Below, piece by piece: positions 11,928 to 25,210 of a DNA stretch of 64,000 bases (within the stretch, counting starts at the first letter, position 1; each line of letters begins with the position of its first letter). The stretch is taken from the NCBI GenBank assembly GCA_964247055.1, contig OZ176053.1, positions 3,596,001 to 3,660,000 on the forward strand, given 5' to 3'. Below the pieces are notes generated by a model. It worked only from the letters and a program-made list of their open reading frames with translations. It had not been told where the DNA came from and did not search any database. This DNA comes from Paragordius varius. Its lineage: Eukaryota; Animalia; Nematomorpha. The translations under genes were made by a program, and so were the position numbers.

Positions 11928-14900
11928 AATAAAGAAGGTCCTATATATGTTATAAAACTCAATAATACTATATCCTCACTGATACTTTAATGAATTTTCG
12001 TTTTTATGGTTTTTTGCCGTTATTTATTTTTCAGCTTGTACAGAATTATTGAATCAAAAATTTACCAATATTATTGACAAAAAATTGAGGTTTTCTAATT
12101 TTCTTTATTAGTATTTTAAAAATTTAACTTTTTGATTAGTGAAATTATTTATCAATAATTTTTTGTTTTTTAACATTAACGGTATAATAGATTTTATATT
12201 ATTTGATCATGACTTTTTATTAGCTTGTTTCATTCTTTATAGCCAACTATCATTAAAAATATAATTATCATAAAACAATATATCACAATGAAGATGAGTT
12301 AAAAGTATCAAAGTTTTAAATTATATTTTAACGTTTTTACGAAAAGAGTAATAAAGTTCTATAAAAGTTTACAGTTTAATGAGCTAAAATTTTATAATAG
12401 TTGTTAAAACGGTGAACTTATAGTATTTTGATTTTGCGCCACTGTATATTTAATGTATTTAAGATCGCCTTTTTTGTTAGTTTTAATAGGTTTTCTTTAA
12501 ACCTATAATAGGAATGAAAGCGTTTTAAATAAATTTTTTACTAAGAAAGATAGGATACAGACTGAATTTAATCTTATTTGATAAGATATTTTCAAAAAAA
12601 CAATTTTTATTATTCAATTCTCTCAATTTTCTTAATATTTTGAACTTCATGATTATCAGCCATGTTAAAATAAATGATGTAACTTAAGCCCGTACTCTTT
12701 AATAAAAGAAAAAGGAAACTGTGTTTTGCATCAAAATAAAGTATAATTATTTAGGTAATTAAAAAAATTATTGTGTTCTTACTTTAAAATCTAGCTAATC
12801 AAATCCTTTACATATAAAGATAAATTGTATTTTTATTAAATTGTATTTTATGTAATAACAAAATTTCTATCATATTTGTTTTACGCCCTTTTAGCCGTAT
12901 CATCAATACTATCAGTACAATAGCTTAAGAATATAATGAGTTATTTATTATAACAAAAAATTTAGATTATTAAATGCGTAAACACATTTGTTATCGTTTT
13001 AGGATATATTAAAGAATATTTTATAGCAATTTAATATTATATACTTAATTTAACAGTGAATAATTTATTATATCAATATGCTATAGGATATAATTAACAT
13101 ATTTTTTGATTGCTAAACATTACACTAGACAACAAATTTTAACTTTTTTTAACTGCTATTTTTGTAAATTTAAAATTTATTTCATTAAAGTATATAATTA
13201 ATATATCTGAAAAGAAAATTGGTCTAGCATGAAAGAATTTTTTTATATTAGAGTTTATCGATAATTTTTGGCCCCGATTTAACATTAAACTCGAAATTTC
13301 GAAAATTAAAAGTTTTAGATATGAAGCCATGTATTTTATATCATTCGAAAGAGCGCAAAAAACTGCATCTTTTAAATGGTAGTAAGTCATTTAAATCAAT
13401 CGGATGTAAAGGTTATTTGGATTTAAATGGTCGAAATTTTCAATCCTTAAATAAGTCAAGAATTTTCACAGACAAACTAATTTGAAAATCATATAAATTA
13501 TTTTAATATAATTATTAGGGTAATATTAGTATTTGATTTGAAAAAAAATGTTTGAAAAAGCTTTTGGTTTGCTTTTTTAATAAAAATTATCATTATCATA
13601 AATATTTTACCTAGTGGATACTGAAATGCATAGTTATAACTGTAAATTTATTACATAATGGCTATAAAAGATCAAAATTACCTTAAACTTTGTTTTTATC
13701 ATAAAATTTTGAAATTATCAGCCTCGTAAAGAAAATAAATTAATATTGATGAGATGGTAATTTTTAAAAAAACAAAAAACTTAAAAATGGCTGTTTTGAG
13801 TGACATAAAAGCAATAAAAAAATGTTTTAATCAAAAAAACTTTCTTGTGTTATCTTTTTTGGACATTCATCACCATCTAAAGAAAGTTTGAGCTATTTTC
13901 ATCCATTAGTTTTAAAAATATAATAATTTAAAAAAATGCTCTCGCTTCGCGCGTTTGTCGGTCTCTGTGTCCAATATTAACTGTCGATGTAATACATATT
14001 AGTATGCATTTTATAGATTTTTTAATACTCTTTCGAATGATATATTACAAATGGGCATTGCTTGTATATTTTCAAAGAAAAACATTTTTTAGTTAAATTT
14101 TGATAAAGAGGGCGCATAATCAAAAAAATCAAATTATACAAAATTCTTCCATCGGTTTATAATTTTTATTTCAGATTTAATGTTAGAATGATACTAAATA
14201 TCAGAAAATTTAAAAAACTCGAATGGCAGAAAAATTTGTTGTCCAGTGTTATATGAAACATTTAATTTAGTAAATTTGTTAAAAACATCAAACTATACAC
14301 TAGCCTATAACAATTTCTAATATTTATTCCAAAGTTCATTTTAATTTCTAAATTTAAATAGGAGGATATCATAAATAATATTTTATTTTTTTGAAATTTT
14401 TAAGTTATCAAAGTAGACATTGTTGATATTATAATTGTCTTTTGAAAATAATATTTGTCTGGTTTTATACGTCTTGTCTGTATTTCAACATTCTAAGATT
14501 AATGCTTTATGCGACTTACTATACCATTTACATTTTAAATTCACCCTTAAACAATTTAAATTTACCCTTGAACAATTGCAAATCACCCTAAAATAACTTG
14601 TGTTTTTTAAGTAAATTACCTATATTTCTTATATTTTTAAAAAATGAAATTTCGTTTGAAATTAATACAATAAATACTGAAAAAATAATAAACTATGCCA
14701 TAAGAGTATTAACTTTTTAATGATGAGTTATATTAGCCCGAAAACACTTAATATGGTGAATTTGAATCGTTCAAGGGTGAATTTGAATCTGTCATATAAT
14801 AACATCTTTTTTTTACATTTAATACAGAATACGATCCCAAGGCTCTGCCGCCCTTAATTTATGTGCAATAGCGTGCGGTCAAGGCGATGCAGGTTTTGAG

Positions 14901-15638
14901 TTTGGCATTCATATTTGGGATATCGCAGCCGGTGTTTTAATCGTTACAGAGGCTGGGGGTGTTATAACGGATCCTCAAGGTTTATCCATATCACAAAAAA
15001 TTATTATCTGGTTTTTTTAAATTTTAATACAAATGATTTTTTTTATTTTTGGAACACATTTGTTGTTGTATTGTACAATTTACGAAAAATATTATGAGCT
15101 CAAAACATATTAACCAAATATATATTAAGGATCGGAAAGGTAGTCGTTTCTGGTTCAGGGTTTGTTTTTATGGTTTAAATTTAGGTTTTATTTTATAAAT
15201 ATACCGTATAGCCAAAATTTTTAGAAATATAAACGGCATATGAAAAAATCAAAGAATATAGTGTGATTAAAGAGAAGACAATAACAAAAAAATTCTATTT
15301 TTAACTGTAGTTTGTTTTTTTGGTTGCAAACAATGATAATGGGTTGAGTTCAAGTTTTCCCCTGAAAGATGGCTTTTTTCTAATAATTTTATATGCATGG
15401 TAAAAAAACTTTTTTTCTATCAATTTGGTGTTAAATATGATTATAAATGATTACATAAAAAACTTTATTATTTAATAATTTAATTAGTTTTAATATGCTT
15501 TTATTCCTTAATTTTGTTAATTTATTTACAGGAGGAGAGATAAATTTATTGCATCGTAAATTCTTATCCGCTTCTACCAAAGATTTAGCCAAAGCTTTAT
15601 CATCTCAATTGAATAATATTGATTTTGAAAGTGATTAG
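11219..15638 (+). CDS. IMPA1: Inositol monophosphatase, 272 aa, 6 exons
   Basis: Exons 11219-11424, 11448-11586, 11610-11718, 11742-11847, 14828-14979, 15532-15638 (819 nt). Motifs [36 protein letters not shown]. Introns 1-3 are each 23 nt GT-AG. Confidence 0.96.
11895..11924. repeat. (TA)n microsatellite
   Basis: About 15 TA units near the start of IMPA intron 4. Confidence 0.9.
13122..14249. mobile_element. About 1.1-kb non-autonomous TIR element in IMPA intron 4
   Basis: TIR ACACTAGACAACAAATTT / AAATTTGTTGTCCAGTGT (one mismatch); no coding remnant recognised. Confidence 0.7.
14520..14797. mobile_element. MITE family C
   Basis: ATACCATTTACA start, TTCACCC/GGGTGAA repeats; ends about 30 nt before the IMPA exon 5 acceptor. 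Confidence 0.78.
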
Positions 15639-16085
15639 CCCATTTTTGCCCTACCTACCATTGTTAAAATCCTGTGATTCAAGCTTATCTATACAAAATT
15701 CTCATTAAATTACTAAATAATACTTTTTGTACTACGCGAAACAAATAAATGGGTTTAGAGACAGTTTTCAATCATATTTATTATAGGTGAGGTGTATGTG
15801 GGGGGTCATTTGTAAAATATCAATAATTATTGAAAGAGAGGGGAGATGTGTCGTAAAATATGTATGTATTTACAATATAATTATGATATGCATGGATTGA
15901 TAAAACAACAACAATAAACTATTACATTATAATGTTTGTTTCTAAAAAAATACTATAGTATATCTGTGGTATTACTTATCAATCAATCACATTTAGAACG
16001 CACACTAATTAATTAATGTAAAAAATGAGATAAATGCACATTCATAATATAGATATGATGCACACACAACACAACTAATTATGAA

Positions 16086-19000
16086 TTAATAAGGTCTTCC
16101 GCCTCCAGCGTTGCGACCTCCACCGCGATTTCCACCTCCACCACCTCGGCCTCCTCGATTGTCTCGACTAAAATTATATTCATAGATATATATATCATTT
16201 ACAGTTCAAATTCACCCTTGAAGAATTCAAATTCACCTTCGAAAAGTTCAAATTCACCCTAAAACTAATATAACTTATTATTAATATGAAATATACCTAA
16301 ATGGCATAGTTTATTATTTTTTTAATTTAAAACATAATTTTATTTTTAAAAAAAATATAGGAATCTTAAAAAGCATATAATTTATTTGAGGGTGAATTTG
16401 AATTTTAAATGGTATATAGTAATTTAGTTTCCCTCTTTAAAATGAGTGTTTGTAGAGTAGATAAATAACGGCCAAACTATAGAAAAGAGTATACGGTAGT
16501 ATAAATAATGCCAGATAAGCATTAATTATTGACCAATATAGAGCGAATAATAACTATTAATCAATGATATTGCCCTTGGATTTATATGCTGTCTGGATAT
16601 AAATTAATGAAAAACTAACACGGTTATACACTTAATCATACTCTAATTGATAAAGGCTAATTATCATGCACTTATCTTTGTAAATAAGTCACAGATAAAT
16701 AATACATTTCTAATGCTTTATGAATGTTGTTGAGTCATTAACCATCATAAAAAATTAATAATTCATTTTTTAATTTTTTTCATGGCAAATAATTTTGACT
16801 GATATAAAAAAGAAACACAATTTCTCAAATAGTAATGATATCCGTTCAAATTAACATTATGAGGTATGTTGTCGTAATTTAATAAATTGATGCATACTTA
16901 AATCCTCCACGACCGCCTCGATCACCGCCCCCAAAACTATTACGGCCTCGATTTCCTCCACCACCAGCGTTACCAGCAAAAGATGAATCTATTTTAATGG
17001 AATAAATACCACAAATTAATTAAACTTTTAGGGAAATCATAATTCATTTTGTTGGCAAATTTAAAAAAAAAATACCACAAGAGTTTTCGTCCCCTTCACG
17101 TGGTTTTTTACAGCGGTTGCATTCAGTGCGCCATGAAAAGTTTTTGTTGTTGCAATCACTAAATAAGGATAAAATATATGAGAATTTTTGTATTCAGCAA
17201 TATAGAAATTTTATTAAAGTATAGAATCTATCCAATATTTACAGTTGAAAAAGTATAGATAGTTTTTCATTAATTATTGCCAAATAGCATATATATAGCA
17301 AAGGACAGTATATTGGGGGGTTATTTTTTTCGATTATTAGTTAATAATAATTTTCTTCGCTGTATGTGCTATCTGGCAATATAGAAAAACTGGTAATATT
17401 TACTCAACAATTAAAAGGGTTTTATTCTAAGTTAAAGACAATGTATCAAATAACATAACTGTCAAAAAATAAAAAACCGTCATCAAAAAGAAATAAGTTT
17501 TTAATCATTATTAAGAAAAGACATAACTATAGCCCAATTTTTACTAAAAACAAGCATTTATTAATCAAAGAATAGGCGAATTCAGCATAATTAAATTTAT
17601 TTATCAGTATATTTTAGTTCGCTATGTCTAAACTTTATTAAACATGCAAAAAAACTAATGTAGTCTAATCATTTTGTAGAGTCCCCTCTCTACGGCACAA
17701 AATAGGTTAGACTGAAAGTATATAGATGAAATACAGTATGCATATTTATGTTGGTTATTGACATTATTATAGGTCAATGGGAAATACAGAATCTCGTTAA
17801 TAATAAGGTAAACAAGTTTAAGGTTGTATAGGGTAGAAAAAAATTGTTTTTAATTTCAACCGTTTGTTCTCTATTACCATGCCAATAGATTGACATAAAT
17901 TTGCAAATAGAGTAATTTAATAAAAAAATTTAAGCTATCTTACGGATCTTTGCAAATCCAGTCGCCTTCACGGGAACCAGCACCGCCCCCTCCTCGGCCC
18001 CCACCTCGACCGCCACCGCCATCTGTGTACGAACCGCCACGACTATCAGCCGAGAAGCGATTGTCTCTTCGGTCTTTCCCTCCTCCTCCACCTCCACCAC
18101 GTGAATTAAAGTTTCCTCCTCCACGGCCACCACGATAACCGCCACCACCACCAAATTCTATCAAATAGGATATAATTATTATTTGAAGTAAAATTGATTA
18201 ACAAACATATTTAGTGAGGAGCAGACGGTATTAATGAAACGGATACAGAAAAACTTTTGTAGTAAAATAAATGTATATGCCATTTTCATTCAATAACTAT
18301 GTTTATTCCGAAGAATGACAAAAAATTCTAGGGCATATATCAGAGAACACATCCATTATATTCTTAAAAAATTGTTTTATGGTGTTTCACTTTTCAGATT
18401 ATTGCATATATTAAAAACATTTAATTTGGTCTTAAAAATAAATCAAAAGCTGTTTTAAGTATGTTTATATCAGGCAATATTTAAATAGAAAGAAAATACA
18501 ATATAATATTGGATCTCGATATTAATCATAAAATATATGAAAATAATTTACAGTATGCATTTTAATAGTTGCTTATTTCACACTATCGTTGGGGAATTTT
18601 AACACAGTAGTGTATGGAAAAAACAACAAAATATTGAATTAAAATTTTTTTCCTTTGTTATATTTTTACTTTATTCAATATTTTGTTGTTGTTTTTTTCA
18701 TAAACTACCGTGTTGCAAATTGCCCAACTATAGTGTGAAATAAGCAACCATTAAAATGCAGAGTGTATATGAGCAAACATAATTTTATCTCGCACCTCAT
18801 ATCATTAAATTACCCAAAGAATATTATATGATTAGGAAAGTATTAATATTCTTACTATTGAATCCATTATCGTTCCCACCATTAGGTCCCCAAGAATTAG
18901 GACCTGCACCCATAGGTGGTCCTGAGGGCGGAAAAGCGCCTGGGTTGTTAAAATTATTTGGAAACGCGTTTGGCCCTAAAAACAGACAAAATTTATTATT

Positions 19001-22000
19001 ATAATCAAAATGTTTTACAGCCTATTTTAAATTTAAAAAAAAATCTTTCTTCTTGCAAAATAAAAAAATATATATGTTTCAATAAATAAAAACAAAATGA
19101 AAAATTTTAAACAATGAGCGGTAAAACAAACTGTTAAGAGACAATTATTAAAGTAAATATATAAAATTTAGTATGGATTTAATTTGGCAAATGAAAAATA
19201 TTATATACCATTTACAATTCATATGCACCCTTTAACGATTTAAATTCATCCTAAAAATAAATAATGTGTATTCTATAACTCATCATTAAAATATATTTTT
19301 GAAGCTTAGTTCATTATTTTTTCAGTATTATATTAATTTTGATCGAAACTTTATTTTTTTTCAAATATAAAAAATTATATGTATAATTTTTAATCTTAAA
19401 AAACACATTTATTTCAAAGGTGAATTTAAATTGTTCAGGGGTGAATTAGAAGTTTAAATGGTATGTATTTGAATTGTTTAAGGGTGAATTTAAATTGTTT
19501 AGGGGTGAATTTAAACTGTAAATAGTATATACGAATTTCGAACGAAATGTGCATTTTTTTATATAATATAATTAATTAATCCTAAAAAACACAATTTGTT
19601 TTAGGGTGAATTTGAATTGTTCAAAGGTAAATTTGAACTGTAACTAGTATATATTTGTTTGTACTACCTTGACCAACACCCCCAAAACCACCAGGCATAG
19701 GTGCTTGAAAGGCAGCAGGAGCAGCAGCAGCATTAGGTGGTGGCATAGATTGCATGGGATTATTCATCGCACCACCCGGTTGTTGAGGGAAAGGATTAAA
19801 ATTGCCAGGTGGTCGATTTTGGTGTTGTTGCTGAGATGGATAAGCATTTATGGATCCTCGTTCATCTTTCCGTGTCGCAGCTTCAACTTTAATCATACTA
19901 TCCATAAACATTTTGCCTGTTGTGTAAAGTTGATACAAGAAAAAATAAATGTCAGGAAGTTAATAATAAAAGTATTATTATTGCTTATATTTTAATAAAA
20001 AATGGTAATATATAGATTTAATGTTTGTTGGGCATTATGCTTTATGTATCAAGTTTATATGAGTCGTTTACAGCGTTATTATAACTCCATTATGTGGCAG
20101 AAAGCAAAAAAAGGCAAAATTTACATGAAATAATCATAGTAAGATTGTGTTTTTGTTACATTCAAATTACAAAAATATATATGTTTTACGAAGCAAAAAA
20201 ATGATAATTTTAACCATTGAACCAGGATATAGCAGCTTGAACCGTTTCAGGATCATCAAAAGTAACGGTGGCTTCTCCCTTACTTCGACCAGTATTCTTA
20301 TCCGTATAAATGTAAACTTTTGGTTTACGCAATTTTTTATCAATCTACATGCCAGGTTATTCAAAAAATATTAACTTTTATCACTCCGATAGAACCAAAA
20401 CGATCAATTAAATCTTTTTCAGTCACGCGTTCAGACAAATTTGAAACAAATATTGTGTCTATAAAGGTAAATATAACAATTACCATTTTGGTTGGCTTGT
20501 TGAAACTGCATGTTTGGACGATTCATTCCCATTCCTATTAAAAAATATTCATATAAATTTAACTCAATATTAAAAGATCATATATTCTTTAAAACCTATG
20601 AAATATAATATAAAGTGTTACTTTAAGAATTTAACAAGATAATAACCGGTTCGATTGTAAAAAACGTGATTTTCAAGAAAAATACTATTTTGTAAATATA
20701 TTAATTTTATTCTTCACGCGCCTATAGATGTTTGTATTAAGTAAATACATCATAGATTTGTCATATACTATTTTGTGAATATTAAACCAAATATTGCCAT
20801 ACCAATACTCATAAATATATAACAACTAAAAAATGTAATTTGAACATAAAATGGCCGAATCCCAACAGCCCTCTAGCACCAAGGAAAATAGTAACCTCAA
20901 ATACTGGATATAAAGTTAATCTCTCATGTTTTAATCAATTATTGGAAATAAAACCCATTTTTGTAGTATAAATCCCAAACGAATCATTTAACCGACCATT
21001 TTAATGCTATTAAATAGTATAAAGAGGATGCAACAACCTCATTCATTACATATATATGGAAAATAGATAACACAAGTGATAGTGATAAAGGTTAACTACG
21101 AACTTTATATCATAACAAGATTTTAATATATACACTGTGTGCAAAAAAATTTGTAACAAAAAATTTTTTTTTCATGAGATAGCTTATGACCAGCGTATTT
21201 ATTTGCCGTAAAAATTTTCTTTGTTGCTAGTTTTTGAAATATTGAGAAAAAATCGAAATCGGACAAAAAGTGAAAATTAAGGATAATTTAAAAATAATGA
21301 TAATGAAATATTATCGTTTATTATCATTTTAGGAGATATTTTCAATATTAGCATAAAATAGAGTTAGGGTTTCTATAAAATTGGTCAAAAGATGGCGTTT
21401 TTTTATCACACTTAAAAGACAAAAAAAAATTAATGAAACTATATAAAATAATTTTTTTAAATTATTTTTTACCTAAACTCACTATTAAAATCTTAACAAT
21501 TATATTTTATTCAGGAAAATAAACTTATATATCAAACTAAAACCAAAAATATTGTTTTTTATTTTTTTGTCATCTGGTTTATGAGTGTATAAAAAATTTA
21601 TACTGTTTTATTTTGGATTCTTACATGAGTAGAATTATTAAGTATATAATTTATGCAAAATATGGTAGTGGAATATCAACCAACAATCCTTTCAAATTCC
21701 TGTAACGAGTCTGTTTAACAAACTAATATTTGTATTGGGATTTGTACGGATTGTTGGTTGATATTCCACCAACTTTTGAGCTGAAATTTTATAGAAACTC
21801 TAACTATATGATTTTACGCTATTTATATATTGGACTCCTAAAATGATAATAAACCATAATATTTCAAATTTTATCATTATTTTTTTTAATTATCCTTTAT
21901 TTTCACTTTTTGCTCAATTTCAATTTTCTCTCAATATTTCAAAAACTAGGTTGTCAACAAATAAAAAATTTTGCGGCAAATGGGCACGTGCAAATTAATC

Positions 22001-23824
22001 CCACCAATATAGTATTTCGCGTATTGTGAGAGAATTTATTCTTACAACTACGCAAATGTTTTATGTTGCAAATATAAATAAAATGCAACTTCTACACAAT
22101 AAACACAATACTGGAGATTACACCCCAAATAACCGTTTCACTTCAATATATTGATGATTATATAGCAGAGTTTACATCATATATATTACAAATTAAATGA
22201 TGATGAAGATAAAAATTTTGTTTGCCAATATTTAACCGTTTGGTTATTTTTTTAATGGTGACACACCATTAAACTATTAGTGTTATATATCATGTTTTGT
22301 ATCGCTTATAGGATAAAATATAACTCCGATATCTAATATAAAAAAACATTTTTTTTGTTAACCGGTGATTGTTGTATATATTTAATAATAAATTCATATT
22401 TACAAAATATATAAGTATATTATTTAGGCATGAAGCAACTATAATTTTACATTAAATAAGTACCTCCACCGAACCCAGATCTGTTATCAATTGGTGGGGC
22501 TGAGTTTGCGCTTTTGAAAGATATGATATGATAGATATTACATTACCGCATATAATTTAACGTTACACAATAAGGTTTTTAACACACACACCCCCCTTGA
22601 TTTTGTTTAGTATAGTAACATACACCCTTCAATAAAACTGAATATGTATGTAGTTATGGAACATAATAATCTTATATAAGATGAAGTTAATAAACACATA
22701 ATAAAATAATTATTACCATGATTTTCATTAATGCTTCTTTTGTAGGTAAATTGTCAATAATGACAATATTTGGATACAATGACAAATAATTTTACCCTAT
22801 CAAGCAGGCCAATACTATAAACAAGTCATGATCAGTAAAAACTACATTTACTAACACATTTTTAACATCGTGGCTTATTCTTAGAGCGATAATTATTGCT
22901 AATAATGTTGTTATCACATGTAGCTGCAACCTTTTGTTCAGCTTATAAATATTTTTTTCCGAGTATCATTGTTAATTTTGAGTGTATTTAGTTTAACGAC
23001 CGTAGCGTAAAATAGGGTTTTTTAACAAATAACTATATTATATATATCGTTAGGTGATTAATTATTCCAAAACCTTCATGTAAATCGTTTTTAAAATTTG
23101 ATTAAGTTTTCATTTTTAAAAACAATTATAAATTGGAGAGTTTATTATCCAAAAGTTAAGTATTGTTTTGGTTACCACTCAGATTTAAACAAACAACTGA
23201 TTTTATAAATAAATAATTTTAGCGAAAATCCAAAAAAATGCTACCAGATTAAAATTTTTAAATTTAGGTCAGTATATTAGTTTTTATTATTGAATAAATG
23301 ACTTTATAAAACAATGAAAAAATTATAAAGTGTTAAGAATTAGGTAAAACTCAATATTGTTAATTTTTAGCAAAAAATAGTTTACTATTTTCGTACCACT
23401 TACACAAACTAAAAACAGTACTGATCATGACTCAATTGTCAATCAAATCATAGTTAGAGCCTAGAATTACTAGTAGGTACAAGTTTCGCTAAACTAAAAA
23501 GCTATATAACGCTGACAAATGTTTTTTAACAAAAATTGTGAAATATTAAAAATACACTGCGCCTTAATTGGCTTACAACCATAAATCATACTTAATGATA
23601 GCGTTAGATAAATAAAATTAAAAAATACTTCATAGGCATCGCAGGCGGTCCACCCATAAGATTCACTAAAATTACAAAAAAAACTAACTTGTTGGATTCA
23701 TTTGAAACTGATTAGCCATGTTTTGCATATTATTATAATCAAAGGGTGGGTACTGAGGTGCTGAAAATTGCTGTGGAGGCATCATACCCGGTGCCATTTG
23801 AGAATACATTGAAAAGTCGGCCAT
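16086..23824 (-). CDS. caz: FET-family RNA-binding protein (FUS/EWSR1/TAF15; cabeza-like), 440 aa, 12 exons
   Basis: Exons 23824-23689, 23665-23629, 22510-22464, 20534-20484, 20458-20376, 20344-20215, 19916-19668, 18975-18856, 18157-17944, 17158-17076, 16988-16898, 16167-16086 (1323 nt). Low-complexity N-terminus, RRM (TIFVSNL...[11 protein letters not shown]), RGG boxes, RanBP2 zinc finger ([25 protein letters not shown]), C-terminal GRPY PY-NLS. Confidence 0.93.
16193..16414. mobile_element. MITE family C
   Basis: TATCATTTACAGTTCAAATTCACCC ... TTTTAAATGGTATAT; about 25 nt from the last FET acceptor. Confidence 0.8.
17232..17408. mobile_element. Degenerate MITE related to 35275-35468
   Basis: Shares ATTAATTATTGCCAAATAGCATA and its inverse TGTGCTATCTGGCAATA. 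Confidence 0.55.
18551..18765. mobile_element. TA-flanked fold-back MITE
   Basis: Arms CAGTATGCATTTTAATAGTTGCTTATTTCACACTAT / ATAGTGTGAAATAAGCAACCATTAAAATGCAGAGTG, TA on both sides. Confidence 0.8.
19205..19650. mobile_element. MITE family C with an extra terminal segment
   Basis: TATACCATTTACA start, multiple GGGTGAATTT units, a second right-end-like segment at 19600-19650; ends about 17 nt from the FET donor at 19667. Confidence 0.75.
21131..21990. mobile_element. Long-inverted-repeat element in FET intron 3 with an internal hairpin
   Basis: About 200-bp inverted arms (21195-21390 versus 21780-21985) plus a perfect 22-bp inverted repeat at 21668-21689 / 21748-21769. Confidence 0.7.
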
Positions 23825-24746
23825 TTTACAAATCAAACGTAGTATAAAATAACGTATGATAAATGCCGAAATAATATTTATATTATAAAAAAGATAAATG
23901 CATTATTATACTATAAAAAAAACTTCGCATTTCTTAGCGCCTAATATAATATTTTTATAACATGCAATGGTTGAAAAATTTGCAAGGTTTCTAAAATTAT
24001 TTTTGTAGAATAGTATTCAATTAGTTATTTTAAAAATATTAAGATACCTCGAAGTTACACGGATTTTCTTTGCAAAAATTTAATTTTATGGATTTCTAGA
24101 TCGGGGTTATATAACGTTAATGTCTCTAAAGGTATACGCTTCCATAAGCGTTACTTTATGTTTATAAAAAAATTAAAAAATAAGTATAGACACTTCGTAA
24201 TCTTTTCATTTTTTAGGTCCGTGATGAAATATTGTGTAGTTAACCATAGACAATATTGTAAATACACTCTCTTTTGAAGGCTTTGCTTAAAATTTAGTTA
24301 TCAAACATTAAATTAGATAAATAACTTTATATTTTTTAAATTTTGTATATTTCAGAGTCTAAAATTTCTCAAATACAAAGGTTTTGCTGGTTAAACGCAA
24401 TTTGAAAGTTTATTAGAGTTTATTGTATTGTTTAACTATTATTTATATTTTGTCTTATTAGTGATTTAAAAAGTTAAACCTCTATTACCTTTCGGGGTAG
24501 ATTTTCCCAGATCCATTTAAAATTGGAATACCATAACGTTTGTGAGGTATGAAGCCGAATATAAAAACAAGTTTTCTTTATTTCAGGAACATTAAACAAA
24601 AAAAATTTTTTTATTGTAAAATTGTAAAAAAACCTGATCTCAAACTTTTTTCCGCCATTTTATACATTTTTTTAAATCGCTAATGCAACTAGTTCATTAC
24701 CTTTTCACTAATTTGTCCTATTTTACATATTGGGATAGTTTTATAT

Positions 24747-24905
24747 CAGAGCTTGGAACCAGAAACGGAACCGTATGAAACCGGAACCCGGCCCCTTGGA
24801 TTTTAACGAGAACCGGTTCCATTGAAATGGAACCAACCTGGTTCCGGTTCCAAACGTTCAGGAACCAGCCCGATTCCGGTTCCACCTCCTTAATTACTGG
24901 TTTCC
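24747..24905. repeat. GGAACC/GGTTCC motif cluster, probable truncated transposon terminus
   Basis: Begins CAGAGCTTGGAACC; about ten GGAACC/GGTTCC-like motifs in both orientations; no partner end found. Confidence 0.5.
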
Positions 24906-25210
24906 ATATGATTTAATTAGAAAAATTTTATTTTAAAATTTAAAGATTGTACCACTATTTACATACTTCAAACTTTAAGCCTAAAACTAAACCCCTATTA
25001 TTATATTAGCGATATTCTCTGAATTTTGGGCGATTCGGCTGTTCTAAAAAAACTTATAGTCTTCTCTCAAGTTTTTTAAATACATATGTTCCTATAAATA
25101 GGTCTCCGTAGAAAGGAGTTTTTTCACCCTTAATTTTGTTTTCAAGCCTGAGAAGCTGTTTGACCAGCGAATTGTTTGGTTCAATAATTAAAGTTAAATA
25201 CACTCATTAT

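Noticed and set aside
17930-18154. Overlapping ORFs 17930-18154 (-) and 17950-18138 (+, Pro-rich)
   Set aside because: Off-frame and antisense shadows of the Gly/Arg-rich FET exon.
19669-20541. Plus-strand ORFs overlapping FET exons
   Set aside because: Antisense shadows with no independent evidence.
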